A stretch of DNA of 64,000 nt from the human T2T-CHM13v2.0 reference genome, Homo sapiens. The stretch lies in assembly GCF_009914755.1 (NCBI RefSeq), contig NC_060927.1. The stretch is one strand, 5' to 3'. The notes under the pieces were generated by a model. The model searched no databases. It was not told where the DNA came from and was given only the letters and a program-made list of their open reading frames with translations. Made by a program: the position numbers and the translations under genes. Below, one piece after another: positions 44,826-57,278 of this stretch (the first letter of the stretch is position 1; every line of letters begins with the position of its first letter).

Positions 44826-45023
44826 TTCTAAAAGGCTTCAATCTGAGCTATTTTTCACATCACTACTGAAAAATGAGAGTTCACAAGGAGCTGTTAAAAA
44901 AAAAAAGGTCTTCACTTTCAGTTTAAATAGAATGAAGAAAAATGAGATTTTTTTAGATTTTTTGAGTTTGTGACAGTCTCAATTTGTATTAGTCTTTTTT
45001 TAAAAATCTCACAAATATTTATA

Positions 45024-45650
45024 GAGAAAAAGGAATGCTTATATACTGTTGCTGGGAATGTAGATTAGTTCAATCATTGTGGAAAACAGTGTGGTGATTC
45101 CTCAAATACCTGAAAAGAGAAATACCATTCGACCCAGCAATCCCATTACTGAGTATATACCCAAACGAATATAAATCGGTCTACATACATGCATATGTTC
45201 ATTGCAGCACTATTCACAATAGCAAAGACATAGAATCAACCTAAATGTCCATCAGTGGTAGACTGGATAAAGAATATGTGGTACATATACATCATGGAGT
45301 ACTGTGCAGGCATAAAAAAAGAACAAGATCATGTCCTTTGCAGGAACATGGATAGAGCTGAAGCCATTATCCTCAGCAAACTAAAGCAGGAACAACAAGC
45401 CAAATACCATATGTCCTCACTTATAACTGGGAGCTAAATGATGAGAACACATAGACACATAGAGGGGAACAGCCGGCACCGGGGCCTACTTGAGAGTGGA
45501 GGGTCAGAGGAGGGAGAGGATCAGGAAGAATAACTAATGGGTACTAGACTTAACACCTGGGTGATGAAATAATCTTACAACCAACCCCCATGACACAAGT
45601 TTACCTATATAATGAATCTGCACATGTATGCCTGAAATAAAATAAATTTT
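45024..45650 (+). mobile_element. 5'-truncated L1 (L1PA15/16-like)
   Basis: ORF2 end and 3'UTR (gggagaggatcaggaagaataactaatgggtactag...cccatgacacaagtttacc); 22-bp TSD aaaaatctcacaaat(a/g)tttata at 45002-45023 and 45651-45672. Confidence 0.9.
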
Positions 45651-45672
45651 AAAAATCTCACAAATGTTTATA

Positions 45673-45752
45673 TTAGGTTGGTGCAAAAGCAATTGTGTTT
45701 TTTGCCATTACTTTCAATGGCAAAAACCGCATTTACTTTTGCACCAGCCTAA
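45673..45752. mobile_element. MADE1 MITE (Hsmar1-derived), complete 80 bp
   Basis: TA-ttaggttggtgcaaaag...cttttgcaccagcctaa-TA; TIRs separated by a short spacer, TA target duplication. Confidence 0.96.
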
Positions 45753-45816
45753 TAGTCATTTAAAGGAAACTTCTTAAGCCAGTGTCCCCACCTCAGATTC
45801 TCAGATCATCACTCCT

Positions 45817-45818
<2 letters not shown>

Positions 45819-45854
<36 letters not shown>
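45819..45854. repeat. (AC)n microsatellite
   Basis: Direct reading, ~18 units. Confidence 0.97.
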
Positions 45855-45856
<2 letters not shown>

Positions 45857-48470
45857 TGAGTGAGGGTGAGGAGGAGAGAGGGAACAATGAAGAAAAAGTT
45901 CTGCTAATTAAGGGAACTGCTGAAGTTTCAGCTAGTCTTGGTGATGGTTGAAATAACATCAAGGAAAGAGGGAATATAGGAAAGACAGGTGGGAAAATGA
46001 TTCAGAGTCTAGAGCTAAGGGACAAAGAAGAGACAGAAAATATGGGGAACTAATGTGGAATAGATTATTGATCCTAGAAATAAATGTAGCTAAAATTCTT
46101 TCCAGTAAAGAGGTCCCAAATTGGTGATAGGTGGGACTTTTAAAGGCAGCCATTTTTATCACACTCTCCAATTCTACCCCGATTTACAGTGATAAGTTTT
46201 CTTAGTAAAGAAGCAGCTTTGTCTGAAACTTCAATTCCAAACCTCCGAGACTTTGGCTTAATTAATCTGAAGATACAATGCAGACACCAGCTTTTCTTTC
46301 AGAGGTTATTTTAAGTTTAAAATTATGTCTTCCTAACAAATAGCCCAAAGAAATGACTTCGTGGTTTTCCTTTCGTACATTCAGGGATGATGGACAGCCC
46401 GGCCTCATGACAGGTGTTCCAGGAGGTCTTTTTAATTGACTTGTCTATAGATGTAAAGAATTTGAACAACCAAGTTGTCTCGTATTTTCTCTATCACTTT
46501 CCTGAGGGACTTTTCTTAAGAGAACAAGTGAACTATGATGTCATTATGTCATTTATTGGTTTTAGTTGGACTTTGTTGAACCTATGAACCTGTTTGAGAT
46601 ATAGTCATATTATCTTGCAGCTCATGTCTGAAAATTTATGTGAACACTTCACAGAAAGTTCTGTTCAGGTTGTACATCCATTTTCATGTTAGATAACTTG
46701 TTTTGGGAGTTCTGCCTCTTAGTAAATTTATTGCTTTTGATAATGTGTGGAACTTTTAATTTCTATATTTTAGTTCTTTTTAGACTCAACTATGCACACC
46801 CTTTAGATTTAGTATTTGGCTTTTAAGGCATATTTAGACCAGACCCTTTCTATTGGTTAATTGTGGTATAAACCTGGCTCATCCACTTGTGAGACTCTTA
46901 GATTCCAAGTGTCTAATAAATCACCAGAGGAGGAATAATTAAAAGCTTCTTTCAGTTCTAGTATTAAATCAACAAGGTTGCCTGGACCGTGCTTCTAGAT
47001 GTGCTGTAATTTATACTATTAGTGTGGATTGTTTTGGTTTTCTAAAAATAATAAATGACCCAGTGAATAGCATTTGGCCAGAGGCATACAAGAAACAATC
47101 CATAGTATATAGATTTGTTCAATGGCATTTAAAAGACCTTGATTAGAATTCAGTCTGGGCTGGAGTGATGAGAATGCTGTTTACTGATGTCTGTTTGAAG
47201 TCTCCCTACATGGCAGAGGCTAGAGGGATTCACAAATAGTAACATTTCTTAACTCCAATGGCTGGATCCAGCTGTCTGGAAGAGCTGACATTTTAAAAGA
47301 GAGGTACAAAAATGTCTGAATGTCATGATTGCTAATGTCATTTTCATGATTTTATTTTTAAGCGATCTTTGTTTGCTCTGTGCTCTAGCAATGAGCTGGG
47401 TTAGAATTCCCAAAACGCTGTGTTAAAAATTCCTTGTGAAAATGCAGTGGTTTTGTTCATGGAGTGGGAAGTGTCTTCTCTGACAAAGCTGTTCACTCAT
47501 ACCTGTGGTTTCTGCCACCCAACCTAAGAATCATTTCAACATACTTAATGTTTTAAGATTGGTAACACAGGGATAGAGGAGAGGCAGGGAGAAGGCAGGT
47601 ACAAGCCAATAAGTTTGAATAGTTCATCTTTGAAACAGAAACAGACATTTGATTGGTTTTGCCAGTGAGCCTGGGAAATTCCTAGTGTTGAAAAAGCAAA
47701 AACATGTACTTGATGGTCCAGACAAGTTTATGAACCAGAATGGGATTTAAATATCTAGCTGTAAAATTATGTTGGAAACACACAGACACACACATGCTTT
47801 ACTGAGTGAGAAAACATGTAGGAAGTGCTTGCAAGGAACTAAGGGACACCATGCACCAATAACCATATTAAAACATGATAGTGATAGTGTTTGTTGTTTA
47901 TATAAGCATATGTGTGAATATGTATGAGTGTATATGAGAACATGTATGTGTCTGTGTTTGTATGGGTGTTATTTTAAAGGAAGGTATGACATGGCACATG
48001 TAACATAAGTAATTTTGTTTTATTGGTTCCGAGGAAGCCTTTACATTTGATCTAAGTTTCTCAAGAAAGGTCCAGAGTAAAGATAGATATGATACTCTGG
48101 AGGAGAGAGGAATTAAAACCAGCAAACCTGACTAACCCAGAGCTTAAAGAACTAGGCGATGTTTCAATCAGTTTCATTTACAAGAAGTTTTTTTTTAATT
48201 ATTTTTCCATATCCTCGTCACCTTTAAAAGATTCCTCTATTCATTTATTTCTTCATTTATTAATCATTTGAACATTTTTAAGTAACAAGCATGTATCAAC
48301 ATTCTGTTTGATGGGAGAGATTCAAAGATAACTTCTAGATCACAGAACAACAAGCATAGCCAAAAGGCACCTGGTAAGTAGGGGGAAGAGGAAGACACCG
48401 TAGAAGTGCACATAAGCTTCCAATGATTGCCGTTAGAATGCAAGTTCAAAGGTGTGAAACAGTTAAGTAA

Positions 48471-48668
<198 letters not shown>

Positions 48669-49119
48669 TTACCAAAGCATTGATTTTATTTTATTTAAAA
48701 AAGAACTTTAATAATTCCGGGTTCTATTTGTTTTATAATGAGATAAGCTAAAGTGTCATTAGTTTCCCCTTCTGATAAACAGGATGTTACCTAGTAAATA
48801 ATAAAACAGAAATATTTCAGAAATTTAGGTTGGAAACTATTGAAAAAAAAATAATGGTTTTGTTGGGAGGCAAAGTCCCAATGTCTCTTTGAGCCAATAA
48901 GCAACCAAATAATTCAACTTGATTTTTTAAATTGCACTGTTTTTATGTATTGGTTTTTTTGTTCCTCTCTCTCAATTTTACTGTTATTCCTCTAATAATA
49001 AATGTCTCGGGGAGACAAAGCACATCTTTCTTGTGTGATGGGAAAAGGGAAACTACTAATTGAAATATGTACTCTGCCTAAAATTAGCATTGCATAAAAT
49101 GGAAAAAGGACAAAAAGAT

Positions 49120-49290
49120 TTGTCTTCAAGTTTACTTGTCTATAAAATGGGAATGATAATAGAACCTGCCTAATAGCATTATTGTGATGTTTCAGTGAGA
49201 GAGAAAAAAAAAAACAAAAAAGAAAAAACGCCTTGAAACCATTAGAGTGGCGCCTGGAATATAGTAAGTGCTCATTTATGTTATCCCTAT
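49120..49290 (+). mobile_element. MIR with internal A-rich tract
   Basis: tctataaaatgggaatgataatagaacctgcctaatagcattattgtga...gcgcctggaatatagtaagtgctca. Confidence 0.8.
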
Positions 49291-50609
49291 TTTATGCTTA
49301 TATATTATTAAACCTAAATATAAATTTTTAAAACGAGCAGGAAAAATTCTAAAACTGGGCACACATAACTTTCTCTGGGTTTTTAATACCACAAAGCAGG
49401 TGCTTGAAATTACTTTCTGAATTATTGTATGATGTTTCTCATATTAGAGTTACTGTCTGGAGGCCACATGCATGGGGTGGTGATGTCATGGTCTCTTTCT
49501 GTGTTAATCTTGAATTCCTTCTGTCCATTTGCTTCCAGAACCCACTGATCATGGGCAATCCAGTGAGTTCTCAGCACTGTTACTCAGGGTAGAAGCAGCT
49601 TCTGAAACTGAGAAAAAAGAAAAAAGATACTATTTGGTCATGCCAAGGATAATCCTCCCCCTAAAAGAAATTTTGGCTTCCCAATAATACCAGCTGGGTG
49701 TTCTCCCTAACTTCTGGATGCACATATGTAAGGAATAATTGTGATTCAGCAAAAGAAAGTGAATGGAAATGGAACAAATTGAAACAATTAACCAAAAGAT
49801 GCAGAAGGGAAACAAGAGTCAGACTTGACCCCTAGACCTTGTGGGAAGGAAACCCTTGGTGTTGGTTTGAAAAATGATAATGATCAGTTTCTGTTTCCAG
49901 ACTGTTATCAGTGGTTAAGGTCCTTATGATTTGTGCTAGAGACTGGGAAAGAATGCTAACATGAAACCAAGCAAACAAGTAGCAAGTAATTGAGCCTTGA
50001 GGAATCCCTTTGGAAAGCATCTTGTCATTTAGAATGATGCATTTTTGATATTCTTCTAGCTGGTTTCTGAGTGCCTGTTTGCAGGAAATGAAATTCTAGG
50101 CTTTGCAGTTTGAAAAGGGTTGTATAGGGGTGGGTAGTGTTCTCAGAAGTAATCAAAGCTTTTTTAGTATTAAAGATGACTGTGGAATGTTTAGAGCTAG
50201 AGGCATAATGATGCAAATCAAATGGCGTATTAGTATCCTGCCTAGTAAATGTGGAAGCCTTAAAAATTCTGCTGGTGGATGGGTGGTCAGCATTAGAGCA
50301 TTAGACACAAGGCACTGGGGCAAAGAAACCCAGAAGGCTGTGCACTTTTGCTGGGAAAGAGAGTTTACTGTGAGGGCTGAGTGGGACAGCAATGGGCTTG
50401 CAGAGAAGGGGAAATGTATCAGCCTGGGGACTATAACCATTTGACTTTTCTCCATCTGCATGTAACAACCAATCCAAAACGGCAGAGATCAGCAAGAAGA
50501 AGAGACTAACATTGTGAAGATGGATCATTCACAACCTAGATAAATAGCCTTTTAGAAAATGTTGAGTTGATTTTATAAGGAGAATATATCAGTAAAGATG
50601 TAGAAGTTA

Positions 50610-51289
50610 CTGGTTTGCTACAGGTAGCTCAGACCAGCTTGTGAGAGATGAGTTTTTGATTTCCCAGGAATTTTTCAAGCTGGTTTTGAAACAGAGCCAA
50701 TATTAAAAGTTACATCATAGAAACTTGGATAGAAACTTACACAGATAGTATGTAACTTAGTGATGGCTTGAAAGCAATTTGCATTTAGTAGAAACTGTAC
50801 TTTGGGTACCCATACAAACATTCTGTTTTTCACTTTCAGTACAGTAGTCAATAAATTACCTAAGATATTCAAGACTTTATTATCAGATAGGCTTTGTGTT
50901 AGATGATTTTGCCCAACTGTAGTCTAATGTAAGTGTTCTGAGCATGTTTAAGTTAGGCTAGGCTAAGCTATGATGTTTGGTAGGCTAGATGTATGAAATG
51001 CATTTTCAACTCGTGATATTTTCAATTTAAAATGGATTCATTGGGATGTAACCTAATAAAAACTTGAGCAGCAACTGTATTTGAATAAATTACAGTATAC
51101 AGAAAAGGCAATACTCAAAACTCATCACGTCATAATAACTGTACTATGTTTTACCATTATCTATGCTTTGGCAGCTATTTACATGTATTGTGTCTGTATG
51201 ATGACAACTATATAATGAGGTGCTACTGCACATTTCTTTCCAAACCTGCATTCTATAATGTGATGTTGGTGGCTTGAAATTGGCTTTCC
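50610..51289. mobile_element. MER63-like hAT element interrupted by MER47A
   Basis: ccagcttgtgagag...caggaatttttcaagctggtt...gcc.atattaaaa and aatactcaaaactcatcac...gtgctactgcacat...gttggtggcttgaaattggc match recalled MER63 sequence. Confidence 0.65.
50742..51077 (-). mobile_element. MER47A (TcMar-Tigger MITE)
   Basis: gtacccatacaaacattctgtttttcactttcagtacagt...gttagatgattttgcccaactgtag...taggctaggctaagctatgatg...gcaactg-TA. Confidence 0.85.
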
Positions 51290-52697
51290 GCTACAGTAAC
51301 CAAAACAGCATGGTACTAGTACAAGAACAGAAGCATAGACCAATGGCACAGAATAGAGAACTCAGAACTGAGTCTGCACACCTACAACCATCTGATCTTT
51401 GACAAACCTGACAAAAAAGAAGCAATAGGGAAAGGATTTCTTATTTAATAAAGGGTTGGGAAAACTGGCTGGCTATATATAGAAAATTGAAACTGGACCC
51501 CTTCTTTATACCATATAGGAAATCAACTCAAGTCAGATTAAAGACTTAAATGTAGAACTCCAAGCTGTAAAAATCCTAGAAGAAAATCTAGGCAATAACA
51601 TTCAGGCCATAGGCACAGGCAAGTATTTCATGATGAAGACACCAAAAGCAATTGTGACAAAAGCAAAAATTGACAAATGGGATCTAATTAAAGAGCTTCT
51701 GCACAGCAAAAGAAACTATCATCAGAGTGAACAGACAACCTACGGAATGGGAGAAAATTTTTGCAGTCTATCCATCTGACAAAGCTCTGTTATCCAGCAT
51801 CTACAAGGAACTTAAACAAATTTCCAAGAAGAAAACAAATAACCCCATTAAAAAGTGAACAAATGACATGAACAGACACTTATCAAAAGAAGACATACAT
51901 GCAGCCAACAAACATATGAAAAAAGCTCAGTATTACTAATCATTAGAGAAATGCAAATCAAAAGCAGTGTGATACCATCTCACAGCAACCAGAATGGTTA
52001 TTATTAAAAAGTCAATAAAACAACAGATTCTGGCAAGGTTATGGAGAAAAGGGAACACTTTTACATGTTGGTGAAAGTGTAAATTAGTTCAACCATTGTG
52101 GAAGACAATGTGGGAATTCCTCAAAAACCTAGAGAGAGAAATACCATTTGACCTAGCAATCCCATTTGGTATATATCCAAAGGAATAGAAATCATTCTAT
52201 TATAAAGATACATGCACATGCGTGCTCATTGTAGCACTACTCACAATAGCAAAGACATGGAATCAACCTAAATGCCCATCAATGATGGATTAAATAAAGA
52301 AAATGTGGTACATATACAATATGGAATACTATGAAAAGGAATGAGATCATGTCCTTTGCAGGGACATGAATGGAACTGGAGGCCATTATCCCTAGCAAGC
52401 TAATGCAGAAACAGAAAACCAAGTGCCATGTGTTCTCACTTATAAGTGGGAGCTAAATGATGAGAACACATGAACACATGATGGGGGAACAACACACACT
52501 GGGTCTTGTCAGAGGGTGGGGGGTGGGAGGAGGGAGAGCATCAGGAAGAATAGCTAATGGATAGTGGCCTTAATACCTAAGTGATGGGATCATTTCTGCA
52601 GCAAACCACTCTGGAGCACGTTTAACAATGTAACACACCTGCACATCCTGTGCATATATCCCTCAACTTAAAAGTTGGAAATAAAAAAATAAAAATG
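51290..52697 (+). mobile_element. 5'-truncated L1 (L1PA11-14-like), ~1.4 kb
   Basis: Starts gctacagtaaccaaaacagcatggtac (ORF2); 3'UTR gggagagcatcaggaagaatagctaatgga; TSD aattggctttcc (51278-89, 52698-709). Confidence 0.92.
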
Positions 52698-52809
52698 AAT
52701 TGGCTTTCCATTTACCCCTTTGATTGCCCTTACCCCTATCCATATGTAAAGCAGCAGCAGGGTGGTGATTCTGAATGTTTCACGGGAGCAGTTAAAAAGA
52801 CACAATGTG

Positions 52810-53443
<634 letters not shown>

Positions 53444-53589
53444 GGCACAATATGTAATGCTATTTGCTAAAGTCAGCCTCTTTATGGGTCTTTTGTTGAC
53501 TTCTTCTTTAGTGGCTCCACTTCTTAGAAGTTAATGAGCAATTCCTGCTATAGCAGCAGAGCCTCTACCAAAGCAGGGGGACTTCAGGG

Positions 53590-53742
53590 AACCACTGGTT
53601 GTCAGATGTGCTGGGCGTGAACATGAGCGTGAACAGAGGAAAAGTGTCTGATTTAACTGGTCTCGGGTGAGGCCTGCATGTTGGGATGTTTAGAGGTTCC
53701 CCAATGATAACTAATAAGAAGCCAAGGTTGAAAACCACATCT
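53590..53742. mobile_element. MER5-family fragment
   Basis: tctgatttaactggtctcgggtgaggcctg...ccccaatgataactaat...agccaaggttgaaaaccac. Confidence 0.65.
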
Positions 53743-53799
53743 AGGCCAAACTGCGATTAATTTTTGCCTTCCACCTCCTTATCAATGTCCTCTTTCCCT

Positions 53800-54100
53800 T
53801 ATGACCCCGCTGCCTACCTGACTCAGTTGCGTCCACTTTCTCTGTGAATCTTCCTTTACCTCCACGTTGGCTGCCAGCTTCAAGATTGCATGCCCCTCTG
53901 AGCAGTTTATCTCTAACCAAGAGAGGTATTCCTTTCCAAGAGTTCCATTAAAAGTCCAAAGGAGAAGTTAATTGGCCTGACTTTGGACCATGTGTGCCCA
54001 CCTCTCAACCAATCACTGTTATCAGGGCAGTCATCCCTTTGTCCAGCCATGCTCCTGTATCAGAGAAGCACTGCCATGACAGATATTGGGCAAACTGATA
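53800..54100. mobile_element. MLT1 (ERVL-MaLR) LTR fragment
   Basis: attggcctgactttggaccatgtgtgcccacctctcaaccaatcactgt is typical of old MLT1 LTRs. Confidence 0.6.
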
Positions 54101-54399
54101 TATGACCCCCAATACTGGGTTTGGTGCTCATTCTCGTTAATGCATGTGTTAAGGGTTTCATTCTAATCATCTGCAAAAAAGTGATTGTTGTCTTTAAAAT
54201 GTTACCAAAACTAGTCTTTTAGCAAGAATCTTACTAGAATAAAATGGCTCTTGCTACCTGTATTTTTAATCAGCCTATGTATATTGATCCCATTCCTGAT
54301 ATTATCACCTTAATATATAACAGCCCCAATTCCTCTTATTGAGCATTGGTTGCTAGGGAAAGCAAAAAGTTAAGAGAAAACTACTGAGATTTTCTCTCT

Positions 54400-54900
<501 letters not shown>

Positions 54901-55714
54901 GTGCAGCTGTAAAGTTTTATTCATATTTACCAGCCAGGCAAGTAGTATTAGCTGTTACAAGTAAAGGTAAACATCCAAGTGCATATGTTCAGATGATTAT
55001 TTTTAATATACATTTTCTCCTGATATATATTCTTCTAGTTGCAGATCTGATTGGGTTGTATATTCTGTCTTTGCTAAAACAGAATTGTATCGAAAATCTT
55101 AAAACGATTTTTTTCCAGTGATCATTCCTAATCATTAAGTGTGATGTCAAAATTAAAACAAAAAAATATATAAAACCAAAATGCATTCATATGGGAATAT
55201 ACTTAATTTATTTTCCAAATAAGCTCAATGGTATTTGGGAGACTATCTCTCATTTGATTTCTATAACCTTTGAAACAAGTCTGCTGACTTAACTTTCTCA
55301 GCCTCCAGAGCATTATCTCTGTCTTGTCTGCAGAGAGATTTTCCTTTGAGGTCAATCTCTGGATCTTCCATGGTAAAACTCCTTTTGCCATTTTCTGTGC
55401 TTTCCTCTTGAGTTTCCTGAGCACTGAACACACATATATATGTACATACAGGAATGCAGGGACATAGGCCCTCACATACAGTGCAAGTCACATTTTATAA
55501 GGGTAATTTGTTAAATGGTATTTCTCTAATTCTTAAAAGCAGTGACTCAATGTATTATTCTAACCTCTTTCACCTAAGAGTTCTGATATGTAGCTGTAAT
55601 CCAATAAATCTCCAATGCATGATTGAATTAGAGAATTTTTTAAGTTGATAAGAAGTTAGAGTAACTAGAAAAAAAATGGGTCTTTTATTTTAGATTAATA
55701 GAGAAATTTGCCTC

Positions 55715-56037
55715 TGTATTAATCCATTTTCATGCTGCTGATAAAGACATACCTAAGACTGGACAATTTACAGAAGGAGTTTTATTGGACTTACAGTTCC
55801 ACATGGCTGGGGAGGCATCACAATCATGGCAAAAGGTGAAAGGCACGTCTCACATGGCGGCAGTGCAGGGAAACTCCTCTTTTTAAAACTATCAGATGTC
55901 ATGAGACTTACTCACTATCATGAGAGCAGCACGGGAAAGACCTGTCTCCATGATTCAGTTGCCTCCCACCAGGTCCCTCCCACAACAAGTGGGAATTCAA
56001 GATGAGATTTTGGTGGGGACACAGCGAAGCTATGTCA
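55715..56037 (-). mobile_element. THE1B-like solo LTR (ERVL-MaLR)
   Basis: TG...CA termini; tgctgctgataaagacatacc...tgggaattcaagatgagatt...ggggacacagc; 5-bp TSD gcctc/acctc. Confidence 0.9.
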
Positions 56038-56042
56038 ACCTC

Positions 56043-56528
56043 ATTGACTGAACGTATTTGCTAAATATACTATATACCAGGTATCAAGCTGGTTATGAGA
56101 TTTATCAGCGAAGACGACAGGTGCTGCCTTGATCCACATTGAAGTAGACAAACAACACATTAATAAATCATTTCAGTCTGTGATCAGAGCTCTAAAGGAA
56201 ATAAGCAAGGGGTGGGAATAGAAAATAATGAGGAAGACTTAATTTAGTCAGTATAGTCAGGAAGGACACTCTTAAAAAATGGCCTTTCAACTGAAACCTG
56301 AAGAAATAGAATGAATTTGCTTTGCAGAAACCTAGAGGGAGGACATTTCTGACAGGGGGAAAGAGCAAAAAAGTATGAGGATTTGCAAGAAGAGAAAAGG
56401 GGAAGGAAAATTTGTGGCTTTTATGAAGCTTAAAATAAATAGTGGGTACTCTATTATTCAAGGTCTTTCAGCCAGGTTAAAGAATATAAAGAATAGTGAG
56501 AATCTAGTAGGTATTTAGTAGGGGAATC
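56043..56528 (-). mobile_element. L2 3' fragment
   Basis: tgactgaacgtatttgctaaatatactatataccagg...gatcagagctctaaaggaaataa...gtcaggaaggac...ctgaaacctgaaga. Confidence 0.7.
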
Positions 56529-56529
56529 T

Positions 56530-56554
56530 CACACACACACACACACACACACAC
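56530..56554. repeat. (CA)n microsatellite
   Basis: Direct reading, ~12 units. Confidence 0.95.
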
Positions 56555-56561
56555 GTACATC

Positions 56562-56642
56562 TATAATAAGCTAACATGTTATAAAAAGTACAGGACATTT
56601 CTTAAAAATATCCTGTAATTTTTATAACATTAGCTTATTATA
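56562..56642. repeat. 81-bp near-perfect inverted repeat (palindrome)
   Basis: Direct: arms 56562-56600 and 56606-56642 are reverse complements with 2 mismatches and one 2-nt bulge; 5-nt loop. Confidence 0.95.
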
Positions 56643-56779
56643 AATATGGTTATTGGCATGGCAAGGAATGCCAGTATTTTCTACTATCTTTTATATGCTG
56701 CTGTACATATTTTGATGTATACCAGTTGCAAAGCCAGCCATGTAAGTTAAAGTGGCATAATTGTAAAAAATCTAAAATG

Positions 56780-57010
56780 TAATGCTTATAATGTGCTTGG
56801 TATTGTTCTAATTGTGGTAAGTTGCATTGCATGTTTTAACTAATTTTAATTATCACAACAAGCCTGTGAGGTAAGTATTGTTTTGTTACCATTTCATAGA
56901 TAACGAAACTGAGTCATAGAGGGATTAGGTAAATTGCCATGTCACACACATTTGTAAGCAAGGGATGGAGCCAGGAATAGGGCAGGTCAGTGAGGCTCAA
57001 ATCCCATAGT
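56780..57010 (-). mobile_element. MIR
   Basis: tcacaacaagcctgtgaggtaagtatt...ccatttcatagataacgaaactgagtcatagagggattaggtaaattgcca. Confidence 0.85.
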
Positions 57011-57017
57011 CAAAATC

Positions 57018-57278
57018 AGTGGTATTCAAAGTGTAGTCCACAGATTGATGCCAATTTGTGAATTATTTGTCACTAGTCTATGATAAATACAGAAACTGGA
57101 AGTAAATGTGTGATGATTGGCCTTGTCCTATTGAAAAACCTATAGACCACTTTGAGTGTAGTGTGGAATTGCATGGGACATGAGCTACATATGAGTCAGG
57201 AACTGTAGGAACACATTTCCATTCATGATGGATTGGAGATAAGTGGTGCTTCACCTCAGATAATTCAAAAGTAATGCT
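57018..57278. mobile_element. hAT-Charlie family element (Charlie4/MER119-like)
   Basis: cagtggtattcaaagtgtagtccacaga...gataaatacagaaactggaagtaa...gatggattgga...cttcacctcagata; subfamily uncertain. Confidence 0.6.

Noticed and set aside
50025-50528. Cluster of overlapping 63-113 aa ORFs
   Set aside because: No homology, splice architecture or domain signal; consistent with chance ORFs.
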